Below are positions 1 through 8,216 of a stretch of 64,000 bases of DNA, piece by piece; position 1 is the stretch's first letter; every line of letters begins with the position of its first letter. This DNA is from Bdellovibrionota bacterium (GTDB lineage Bacteria; Bdellovibrionota_C; UBA2361; JAAYZI01): contig JBMNIF010000001.1 of NCBI GenBank assembly GCA_050950765.1, positions 479,885 through 543,884 on the forward strand, given 5' to 3'. Made by a program: the position numbers and the translations under genes. The notes under the pieces were generated by a model. That model saw only the letters and a program-made list of their open reading frames with translations. It was not told where the DNA came from and made no database searches.

Positions 1-1803
1 ACATTTATCTGCAAGTATTTCAAACTTACGCAAACTCTTACACTCACCGGCAGGACAGCGACGCTCAAAGACGTGAGCTTCATATTCATCACGGAAGAAC
101 TTAAGGGTACTAAGAACGGGATTCGGTGCCGTTTGACCTAAACCACACAAGCTGGAATCCTTCACTACATTTGCTAAACGTTCTAAAGATACAACACTAA
201 GCATCCTTTTTAACTCAGTGTGATCACCTTTTTCACCGCCGTGCCCAGTCGAAGTGATGCTCTCTAAAGTTTCAAGAAGTCTTCTCGTACCTTCACGACA
301 CGGTACACACTTGCCGCAACTTTCACGTTGGATAAACTCCATAAAGAACTTAGCAACATCAACCATACAGGTATCTTCATCCATCACAACTAAACCACCG
401 GAACCCATCATGGCACCGACTGTTTTTAGCGATTCATAATCAACCTCAATTCCGATATGTTGCTGCGGGATACAACCGCCGGAAGGTCCACCAATCTGAA
501 CTGATTTATAAGCTTTGCCGTTTGGAATACCACCTCCGATACCAAATACGATATCTTCTACTTTGGTTCCCATCGCAACCTCAACAAGTCCGGTGCGATT
601 GACCTTTCCTGAAAGGGCAAAAACTTTCGTTCCCTTACTGGTAGGTGTTCCGATACTACTAAACCAAGCAGAACCATTTCTTAAGATACCGGGGATATTG
701 GCGAGTGTTTCAACGTTATTGATAACTGTCGGTTTGCCAAAAAGCCCTTTAACCGCCGGAAAGGGAGGTCTAGGACGTGGCATACCACGCTTCCCTTCAA
801 TGCTGTGCAATAGCGCTGTTTCTTCACCACAAACGAAAGCACCAGCACCCATCTTGATAATTATTTCAAGACTGAAATTAGTTCCGAGTATATTTTCCCC
901 TAACAAACCATAAGCGGTAGCATCAGCTATGGCCTCTTTTAAGCGTGCAATTGCTAACGGATATTCGGCACGGATATAAACGTAAGCTTTAGAAGCTCCA
1001 ATACCGAACGCCGCTATCGCCATACCTTCAAGCAACTGATGCGGGTTACCTTCAATCACGGCACGATCCATAAATGCACCTGGATCGCCTTCATCAGCGT
1101 TACAAACTATATACTTCTGTTCATTCTGCTCCTGTAAGGCGAACTTCCATTTTTTACCGGTAGAGAAGCCACCGCCGCCACGTCCGCGCAAGCCACTTTT
1201 CTCAACTTCATCACAGACACTCGCCGCATCCATCGTTTTAATAACCTTGCTTAGCGCTTTGTATCCATCGTTTGCGATGTACTCTTCGATGCTGCGTGGA
1301 TTCGTCTTACCACATTGAGAAAGCACCCAACGGGTTTGTGGTTTAAAAAATGGATGATCATTAATATTCGGCACACCATCCCAAGCTTTTAATCGTGGCG
1401 ATGTGAATTGACCGAGAACGTGGTCCGCAGGGATCTTATCTGCAAAAACATCTTTCAATAAGTTTTTTACCACGTTGTGAGTAACCTCTTGAAAGGAAAC
1501 TCTGGTGCGTCCAGGTAATTGAATATCAACCAAAGGCTCTGCGGAGCAGAGACCGATACAGCCGACCTCAATTATCTCAACATCAAGCCCGTTTTCGGCA
1601 ACGTATTCTTTAATAGCATCTAAAGTTTTTCCAGCACCTGCGCCTAATCCGCACGTTCCAGCACCGACAAATATTACAGGACGCTCAACATCCTCTCTGC
1701 GTAGAGTGGCGCAGTAGTTATTGACCCGTTCTAAAGCATCTCCTTCAAGAGTGCCGCTGAAATAATTAATTAAATCTTGACACGGTTTCTTTGTCTCTTG
1801 CAT
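1..1803 (-). CDS. NuoF/HydB-type flavin-FeS subunit (NADH-binding, bifurcating hydrogenase beta-like) with N-terminal thioredoxin-like [2Fe-2S] domain; 3' end runs off the window
   Basis: Absent from ORF track because no stop lies in the window. Manual translation from ATG at 1803 (AAGGA RBS): MQETKKPC...VGAGTCGLGAG...EVGCIGLCSAEP...SGLRGRGGGGF...CNADEGDPGAF...CGEETAL...ESCGKCVPCREG...SLCGLGQTAPNP...CPAGEC...DKC. Confidence 0.9.
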   Translation of the reverse strand, partial: MQETKKPCQDLINYFSGTLEGDALERVNNYCATLRREDVERPVIFVGAGTCGLGAGAGKTLDAIKEYVAENGLDVEIIEVGCIGLCSAEPLVDIQLPGRTRVSFQEVTHNVVKNLLKDVFADKIPADHVLGQFTSPRLKAWDGVPNINDHPFFKPQTRWVLSQCGKTNPRSIEEYIANDGYKALSKVIKTMDAASVCDEVEKSGLRGRGGGGFSTGKKWKFALQEQNEQKYIVCNADEGDPGAFMDRAVIEGNPHQLLEGMAIAAFGIGASKAYVYIRAEYPLAIARLKEAIADATAYGLLGENILGTNFSLEIIIKMGAGAFVCGEETALLHSIEGKRGMPRPRPPFPAVKGLFGKPTVINNVETLANIPGILRNGSAWFSSIGTPTSKGTKVFALSGKVNRTGLVEVAMGTKVEDIVFGIGGGIPNGKAYKSVQIGGPSGGCIPQQHIGIEVDYESLKTVGAMMGSGGLVVMDEDTCMVDVAKFFMEFIQRESCGKCVPCREGTRRLLETLESITSTGHGGEKGDHTELKRMLSVVSLERLANVVKDSSLCGLGQTAPNPVLSTLKFFRDEYEAHVFERRCPAGECKSLRKFEILADKC

Positions 1804-1813
1804 GGTTCATCCT

Positions 1814-2275
1814 TTATTTCTGTTTACAAGTCTCTATAATCTCGTGAATACGTTCTGGTGTTAACTTGGCAAAGAACTCTCCGTTAACTGTTATGACAGG
1901 AGCAAGCCCGCAAGCACCAATACAAGCAACAACCTCAATACTAAATAAGCCATCTGGCGTTGTTTCTCCAGCCTTAATGCCCAACTCTTCTTGTAATGTT
2001 TCAAGGATACGTAACGATCCCTTAACGTGACACGCCGTTCCACGACAACATTGGATATGATACTTTCCGATCGATTGAAAGCGAAACTGATTATAGAACG
2101 TTGCTACACCGTAAATTTTACTAAGTGGAATATCTAACAACTCCCCAATTGTTTCTATTGATTCACGCGATAAATACCCTTCAGTATCCTGAATCTCCTG
2201 CAAAATAGGGATCAGGGAGTCACGTCCAGGATTTTGATAATGGCTAAGGATCTCCTGTATTTTATTCGTTGTCAT
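1814..2275 (-). CDS. nuoE: NuoE/HydC-type [2Fe-2S] subunit
   Basis: LIPILQEIQ, GVATFYNQF, CRGTACHVKG, VACIGACGLAP motifs; directly upstream of the NuoF-like gene. Confidence 0.9.
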   Translation of the reverse strand: MTTNKIQEILSHYQNPGRDSLIPILQEIQDTEGYLSRESIETIGELLDIPLSKIYGVATFYNQFRFQSIGKYHIQCCRGTACHVKGSLRILETLQEELGIKAGETTPDGLFSIEVVACIGACGLAPVITVNGEFFAKLTPERIHEIIETCKQK

Positions 2276-2438
2276 GCGAACCCCATAATGATGTTACAAA
2301 GCCCTTCCAGTGTAAGAAACACACGCATCAATCCCAGCACCGTCAGAGGGCGTGTTACTTCTGTATCTTCCTTATTAGTAAAGTTTACCAACTTGTAGAT
2401 TATGCTGAAATATTAGCCGAAATGTACGGTGCAAAATA

Positions 2439-2463
2439 GATAAAATCTGCACCAGATTTTATC
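2439..2463. promoter_or_regulatory. Perfect 11-3-11 palindrome upstream of the nuoE/nuoF-like operon (candidate operator)
   Basis: GATAAAATCTG-CAC-CAGATTTTATC read directly. Confidence 0.5.
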
Positions 2464-2597
2464 AAGCATTGCAACTAATTTTACACTGTTACGACTGAGC
2501 GGAGCTTAATAGTAGAGGTTGTGAAACGTCAAGGGGGGAAAGCTTTTTCTTGCCTTATTTTACATCTAAAATCATTCCTAAAAAGGGAGATAAGGAG

Positions 2598-3407
2598 TTA
2601 TTCACCTTTCTCCGTTCTAACCTTCACGTCACTTTTATGATAAACTGATGAATTTGGTGGTACGCTACCTGTTAACCAAACATTACCTCCGATAACGGTG
2701 TTTGCACCGATCACTGTATTGCCGCCGAGAATCGTGGCGTTAGCGTAAATAACGACGTTATCTTCAATCGTGGGGTGCCTCTTCTGTTGCGCTAACTGTT
2801 TTGTAACGCTTAAAGCCCCTAGTGTTACACCTTGATAAAGCTTTACATTCTTCCCGATAACGGTAGTTTCTCCAATGACAACACCCGTTGCATGATCGAT
2901 ACAAAAACTCTCGGCGATTTCAGCTCCAGGGTGAATATCAACTCCCGTCCGTTGATGAGCGTATTCGCTTAACATACGGGGTAGGGTGGGGATCTTTAAG
3001 GTGTGCAGGGCGTGTGCTATGCGATGAATAGCGACGGCTAAAAAACCAGGATACGCCAAGATAACTTCATCTATACTCGTTGCGGCGGGGTCTCCTTGAA
3101 GCATAGCCTCTGCATCAAGGAGTAAGAGGTCATAAATTTGTGGAAGCTTATCAAAAAAAGCTGTGCTTAGTTCGTGAGGTTCTTGCTCTAAATGTTGTTG
3201 TAGTGGTGTCAGGATCGTTGTTAGTTGAACTTTTAAAAGGTCTAATTCATTCTTTATATCTGCTTTACTTCTGATGGAGCACTTCCCGAAGTGGGGGAAC
3301 ATCACCCCTAAAATATTAAGTAGCAACTCTTTCGCCTGTTTATAATCAGGTAGTAATTTTGATTCAGTACTTTGAGCAAGGCGTGTAATAAAATCATCAC
3401 TGGTCAT
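2598..3407 (-). CDS. cysE: Serine O-acetyltransferase
   Basis: GDPAA, TGVDIHPGAEI, IDHATGVVIGET, LYQGVTLGA, KRHPTIEDNV hexapeptide motifs. ATG 3407 preferred (GGAG upstream); track start is 3419. Confidence 0.93.
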   Translation of the reverse strand: MTSDDFITRLAQSTESKLLPDYKQAKELLLNILGVMFPHFGKCSIRSKADIKNELDLLKVQLTTILTPLQQHLEQEPHELSTAFFDKLPQIYDLLLLDAEAMLQGDPAATSIDEVILAYPGFLAVAIHRIAHALHTLKIPTLPRMLSEYAHQRTGVDIHPGAEIAESFCIDHATGVVIGETTVIGKNVKLYQGVTLGALSVTKQLAQQKRHPTIEDNVVIYANATILGGNTVIGANTVIGGNVWLTGSVPPNSSVYHKSDVKVRTEKGE

Positions 3408-3553
3408 AAAATAAAACACTCCGCGAGATAAAAAACAGCAATATGAAAAGATGTTCTTAAGGTGCAGAAAGATTCAACTAACTAATATGATGGATAAAAA
3501 CGTAACAAAAGGGGAGGGAAAAAGGAATTGGTAAGGGAAAGGAAGTGGTGAGA

Positions 3554-3664
3554 GAATAAGAAGTATATAGAGGAAAAAAGGGAGTTTGAGTCAGGGATGT
3601 CTTTAAAATATATTTTGCTGTTTGGCTTAAGGAAGGAATAGGAAGTATATAGAGGAAAAAAGGG
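3554..3664 (+). repeat. 29-bp purine-rich direct repeat, 2 copies (3554-3582, 3636-3664)
   Basis: GAATAAGAAGTATATAGAGGAAAAAAGGG vs GAATAGGAAGTATATAGAGGAAAAAAGGG, one mismatch. Confidence 0.85.
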
Positions 3665-3874
3665 CGGTCACGGTCGAGAACCAATCAATTCGGCTTGATT
3701 TGCAGAGGGGGTAAATCATTTTGACGCCGAGTCAAGATGGTTTGAGCCGAATCTATGTATTTTCAACTGAGACCGCCTAAGGGGCTACATAAAAAGCTCA
3801 ATGCAGGGCTGTTAAACAGAAGGAGTCCTGTATTGAAGCTTAGACTATTTAAGGTTGAAGAGTTTTCCAACCTT
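3662..3874 (+). ncRNA. Candidate structured non-coding RNA, family unknown
   Basis: Nested stems 3662-3778 plus hairpins 3795-3840 and 3851-3874; most mismatches resolve as G-U pairs on the + strand. Confidence 0.45.
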
Positions 3875-4239
3875 TAGTGTATATTATGGTTAGTTAAGAA
3901 AAAGTGTTACTTAAGTACCGTTTTTTATGATAAAATATTGATAAGCCTAATAATTTTAGGTAGTTACACTATTTTTAAGCGCTCACTAGGAGTAGCCTTA
4001 AGGAAAATTGCAAAAGATACCGATAGGATACTGTGAATTGAGTATTCTAATTGTGTAGGATACTCGTTTCGGTTTTAATTCTTTGCTTGGAAATATGACA
4101 AAAATATACTAGCATGCGCCGTATTCTGGATGTTGATGTTATTTTTACTCTTGCGGTATTGGCATTAATTATTTACAGGGTGTGCAGCTTGTTGTTTTAT
4201 TTTATTTTAGCAAGAGCTGGATTTTTTAAGGTATAGGTT

Positions 4240-4731
4240 ATGTACGTAGGTGGACTAACGTTTTCGATTAATAAGTCGTTTGGTAATTTGCAGTTAGTTC
4301 CTGAAAAAACAGGATTGCGCTTATGTTATTCGCCAATTCTTGAGGGTGAAGAAGCTGCTGCTAATACGGAGAATACTGGATATTTAGATCTTTTGTTGCC
4401 GCTTGAAGCTGTTGGTGGCTTATGGGCTACGGCACGTGCTTTTCTGTACGCTGTGGAGTCCCTTGATGAAAATGTCATCATTCAAGGTGCTGGAAATGAC
4501 GAGGAACAGTCTGATATTCTCGTTAAATTGTATCGTGATAAGCCGCGAGGACAGCACGGCAAACTTTCCGGTGAGGAGGTCTGTTGGTTGCGTTTAGTAA
4601 CGGGGCGTTCTGAAGAAGAGCGTAGACGTATTAAATTAGGACCACGCGATCTGCTCTGTATCGAACTTGCTTGCAATGCAGTGTTGGTACTTGCTGGCTC
4701 GCAAGGGACACACAATCCCGTAAAGATTTAA
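4240..4731 (+). CDS. Hypothetical protein, possible Whirly/PC4-like single-stranded nucleic-acid-binding fold
   Basis: 163-aa ORF with ATG; pattern suggests a repeated beta-strand bundle plus helix. Fold call is by eye only. Confidence 0.6.
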   Translation: MYVGGLTFSINKSFGNLQLVPEKTGLRLCYSPILEGEEAAANTENTGYLDLLLPLEAVGGLWATARAFLYAVESLDENVIIQGAGNDEEQSDILVKLYRDKPRGQHGKLSGEEVCWLRLVTGRSEEERRRIKLGPRDLLCIELACNAVLVLAGSQGTHNPVKI

Positions 4732-4801
4732 CGTTTTAACGGCTCTTTAATTTAATTTACTAATTTGCTTAATCTTGAGCCTCGGTGTAGTATCTGTAGG
4801 T

Positions 4802-5029
4802 ATGGGTCGGGTATTATCAATCTTAGTAATATTACTTTCTCTTACAGCTTGTGAAAGCTATCACCTTTTTTGTGCTTCGCAGTCACTTGGGCCTGAACAG
4901 ACGTATCACTTTCAGGCGTTAAACTCTTCCACTACTGAACGCTCCAAAGATCAAGCAGGGATTTTGATCTGCGAATCTTTCCCTCAAGGCATGGGCGGAT
5001 TTAGTCTATCTTGCCGTCGTGCTGGATAA
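4802..5029 (+). CDS. Small putative lipoprotein (75 aa)
   Basis: MGRVLSILVILLSLTAC: basic N-terminus, hydrophobic core, lipobox LTA|C. Confidence 0.6.
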   Translation: MGRVLSILVILLSLTACESYHLFCASQSLGPEQTYHFQALNSSTTERSKDQAGILICESFPQGMGGFSLSCRRAG

Positions 5030-5038
5030 GCTTCCTTC

Positions 5039-5234
5039 CCAAAGATTTTTTCCCTATCCCTAATCTGCTTTTAACATCAACTGCCAAAGATTTTTTTCCT
5101 ACCTCCATCTACATTTTGCTATCAACTGCCAAAGATCTTTTTTTAATTAGCCACATCTTTATTAACCAAAATTTTTTTTCCTACCTCTATCTGCTTTTAA
5201 CATCAGTTCCCAAAAATATTTTTTAAATTAGCCA
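5039..5234. repeat. Degenerate ~45-bp tandem repeat overlapping the 3' end of ffh
   Basis: Units begin CCAAA at 5039, 5084, 5129, 5166, 5210; ATCTGCTTTTAACATCA and TTTTTWAATTAGCCA each recur. Confidence 0.7.
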
Positions 5235-6570
5235 TGCCCTTTCCGCCCAACATCTTCGCCATACCACCTATGCCCATCTTTGAAAGTTTGTTCATAACTT
5301 TTTTCATCTCTGTAAACTGTTTTAAAAGATCGTTTACATCTTGAACACGAGTGCCGGAACCGTTGGCGATCCGTTTTCTACGGCTACCGTCAATAATGGA
5401 ATTACGGCGCCTTTCTAGCGGAGTCATGGAGAGGATAATAGCTTCTACCTTCTTCATCTCTTTTTCAGCTTGTCCTTCATCAAGGTGCTTCGTCATCTTA
5501 CTCATGCCAGGGATCATACCCATTAAGGAACCGATACTCCCCATCTTCTTTATTGTGCGCATCTGATCGAGAAAATCATCTAAGGTAAATTCGTTCTTCT
5601 TCATCTTTTCATGAAGCTTGAGAGATTCCTCCATATCAAATTGCTTAGTGGCTTTCTCTATCAAGCTCATAACATCACCCATGCCGAGGATACGAGATGC
5701 CATTCGATCTGGATGAAAGATCTCGAGCGCATCACTCTTTTCGCCGATACCGATAAACTTAATCGGACACCCTGTAACAGCACGCATTGATAAGGCAGCA
5801 CCACCCCGCGCATCGCCGTCGAGTTTAGTTAAAATTAAACCGTCGATATCTAGTGCAGCGTGGAAACCACTCGCTACATTGACCGCTTCCTGTCCTGTCA
5901 TAGCATCAGCAACTAAAAGGATCTCTTGTGGTTGTAGCGCCATAGCGATCTGCTTTAACTCATCCATCATCTGTTGATCGATCTGCAAGCGTCCAGCAGT
6001 GTCGATAATAATAACGTCAAAGCCGTGATTTTTACCGTATTCATGGGCATTTTTAGCAATATCAAGTGGCTTCTGATCGGGGCTTGAATCAAAAACAGAG
6101 ATCTGTAACTGCTGTCCCAAAGTTTTTAACTGTTCTATGGCAGCTGGTCTGTAAACATCGGCAGACACAAGTAGCGGCTTGCGTTTACGTTCATCGCGTA
6201 GGAGACGCGCCAACTTAGCAGCTGTGGTGGTTTTTCCAGCACCTTGCAATCCGACCAACATAAAAACAACGGGTGGCGCTGCATTAAGGTTAATATCAGC
6301 GGCACCATCACCCATAATAGCTGACAACTGTTCATGAACGATCTTTATAATCTGTTGATCGGGGGTGAGGCTTTTTTGCACCTTCTCACCAAGTGATTCT
6401 TCTGCAACTTTTGCGCAAAATTCTTTGGCAACTTTAAAATTAACATCTGCCTCCAGAAGTGCCATGCGCACCTCTTTCATCACGAGATCAAGATCTTTCT
6501 GTCCGACGACTGCTTTCCCGCGGATGTGTTTAAAAGCGCTATCTAATTTGCTCTGTAATGAATCAAACAT
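5203..6570 (-). CDS. ffh: Signal recognition particle protein Ffh
   Basis: GLQGAGKTT, DTAGRLQID, TKLDGDARGGAALS, Met-rich M domain with SRRKRIANGSG. Confidence 0.98.
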   Translation of the reverse strand: MFDSLQSKLDSAFKHIRGKAVVGQKDLDLVMKEVRMALLEADVNFKVAKEFCAKVAEESLGEKVQKSLTPDQQIIKIVHEQLSAIMGDGAADINLNAAPPVVFMLVGLQGAGKTTTAAKLARLLRDERKRKPLLVSADVYRPAAIEQLKTLGQQLQISVFDSSPDQKPLDIAKNAHEYGKNHGFDVIIIDTAGRLQIDQQMMDELKQIAMALQPQEILLVADAMTGQEAVNVASGFHAALDIDGLILTKLDGDARGGAALSMRAVTGCPIKFIGIGEKSDALEIFHPDRMASRILGMGDVMSLIEKATKQFDMEESLKLHEKMKKNEFTLDDFLDQMRTIKKMGSIGSLMGMIPGMSKMTKHLDEGQAEKEMKKVEAIILSMTPLERRRNSIIDGSRRKRIANGSGTRVQDVNDLLKQFTEMKKVMNKLSKMGIGGMAKMLGGKGMANLKNIFGN

Positions 6571-6956
6571 ACTTTTCTTCCGTTTCTGTTAATGGAGTGT
6601 GTAAAAAACTCTCCTTTAGCAGCCTTAATACTAAGAGCGTTTTTTACATCTGTTGTGAGTAAATAAAATTAGGAGTTCCGCCCCTTGTTATAGTATTGAA
6701 AGGTGTGCTGATAATTATTACCGATAATAATGGCATATTGAGGGTAAAAAAAACATACGTCAAATATCTTAGAAAAAATACAATTTTGAAGGGTATAATT
6801 TAGAACAATATAATTTAGGAATGTAACTTTTAAGTGCAGCACTCAGGAGGAATAGGGTAAATTAAATCCATCCCTCCTAAGTGTTCTCAGGACACCTTTA
6901 GGCAGTATCGTCAGCTCCGCTTGTATTGCGGCGGTAGCGCAGCAACGTCGTTTCTC

Positions 6957-7772
6957 TTAGGTATTCTCCACATCTATCAACGTGGTGATGGATGTGGACT
7001 CAAGAGATCCTGCCGATTGCAACGCTTCTAACGGAGAGTGACTGATTCGACTCCCTGTTTCCAGCGCTAAATTAAGAGCATCATCAAGCTCCCTGATTGA
7101 AACTTGAGAGGCTTCTGAATTTTGAGCTGCTACATCATGCGCATCTATAATCTCTTTGACCTGACTTGCCGCTTCTGTAACCGTTTTTTGCAGAGTTTCA
7201 ATCCTTTGCTGCGCTCTGGCGACAGAGGTTCGAACATTTACGATATTCTCTCTCATGTCGAGTTTTATCTCGCCGATATCAAAGGTTGAACCGTCTTCAG
7301 CGGGGATAATATCATCCAATGTTCTACCTAATTTCTCTTCAATTTCAGCCCTGATCTCATCAGCCGGTAGGGGACGGATCGATTTTGAAGAATCTTGAGC
7401 TTTGCGTTTTATCTCAGCTGCAAGATCGTTAGCCTCTGCTTCTAAAATCTCTCGTCTCTCTTGAGAGACATCACCACTTTCAACCTGTTCAGCTATGCCA
7501 TCAATACTCTTTACCAAGCGTCCGATCTCGGCAGTCGCTTCTTGAACAAGATTGATAGTACTGATGATGGAGTTTGCTTTGTTGCGCGCGTCGTTGGTTT
7601 TCTTAGTACGAGAATTGCCGTCTACATCCAGCTTAACAGCTTCAGGAGTTCGGCAGGCTATGGAATTGGTAAGGCTACCGATACGACGTTGCCGAGTCAA
7701 AGATGTCTCCCTTATCTCAGGACCGGCGGATCGATTAGAGAACTCTATTTCCTTGAATTCTTTTACATCCAT
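6957..7772 (-). CDS. Highly divergent flagellin-like protein
   Basis: ARNKANSIISTINLVQEATAEIGRLV...AEQVESG...ERREILEAEANDLAAEIKR and C-terminal AAQNSEASQVSIRELDDALNLA...ITTLI parallel flagellin N/C helices; sigma28 promoter upstream. Confidence 0.65.
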   Translation of the reverse strand: MDVKEFKEIEFSNRSAGPEIRETSLTRQRRIGSLTNSIACRTPEAVKLDVDGNSRTKKTNDARNKANSIISTINLVQEATAEIGRLVKSIDGIAEQVESGDVSQERREILEAEANDLAAEIKRKAQDSSKSIRPLPADEIRAEIEEKLGRTLDDIIPAEDGSTFDIGEIKLDMRENIVNVRTSVARAQQRIETLQKTVTEAASQVKEIIDAHDVAAQNSEASQVSIRELDDALNLALETGSRISHSPLEALQSAGSLESTSITTLIDVENT

Positions 7773-7900
7773 TTTCTTTTACTATCCCTCTACCCAATCA
7801 ATACAGATCGGAAAGGATAGCCTCCTTTAAAAGATCTTCGTGGCGTTATTATGAAAATCATTTTCATAAATTACTGAAGATCATTTTCCACACGATGTTA

Positions 7901-7927
7901 TTATCGGCACTTTAGGCGTAGTCTTTA
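7901..7927 (-). promoter_or_regulatory. Sigma28 (FliA) promoter
   Basis: Minus strand TAAA-gactacgcctaaagt(15)-GCCGATAA, exact consensus, about 130 nt upstream of the 7772 start. Confidence 0.85.
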
Positions 7928-8216
7928 GGGTTCTTTACTGATTTTCTAATAAAAAGTTATTTTTTTTATTGCGAGATAATTTTTTTGCACCTTTATCAGG
8001 AGGTAAAATAGAGGTGTAGTAGGTAAAATAAGGAAAAAGATAGGAACATAACTGCACAAGAACTATTGCTTTTCAAGGCTTAAGTGTCTAAAAGAGTCTT
8101 TGAAATTAAAAAATATCGTAACTATAACAAACGGTTATTCTTAAAAGTCTTAATTTTAATACTGAAAAGATAAGGAACGGTTACAACGTTGCGCTAATTA
8201 AAGTTAAAAGGAAGTT

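Noticed and set aside
254..913. + strand ORFs 254-439 and 515-913
   Set aside because: Antisense shadows of the NuoF-like gene.
3478..3684. 68-aa minus-strand ORF
   Set aside because: Translation of the low-complexity purine tract; no supporting start context.
5011..5226. 71-aa + strand ORF with internal repeats
   Set aside because: Product of the 45-bp repeat, overlapping the ffh end antisense.
6571..6956. SRP (4.5S) RNA next to ffh
   Set aside because: Hairpins exist (for example 6840-6883) but the conserved SRP loop motif is absent on both strands.
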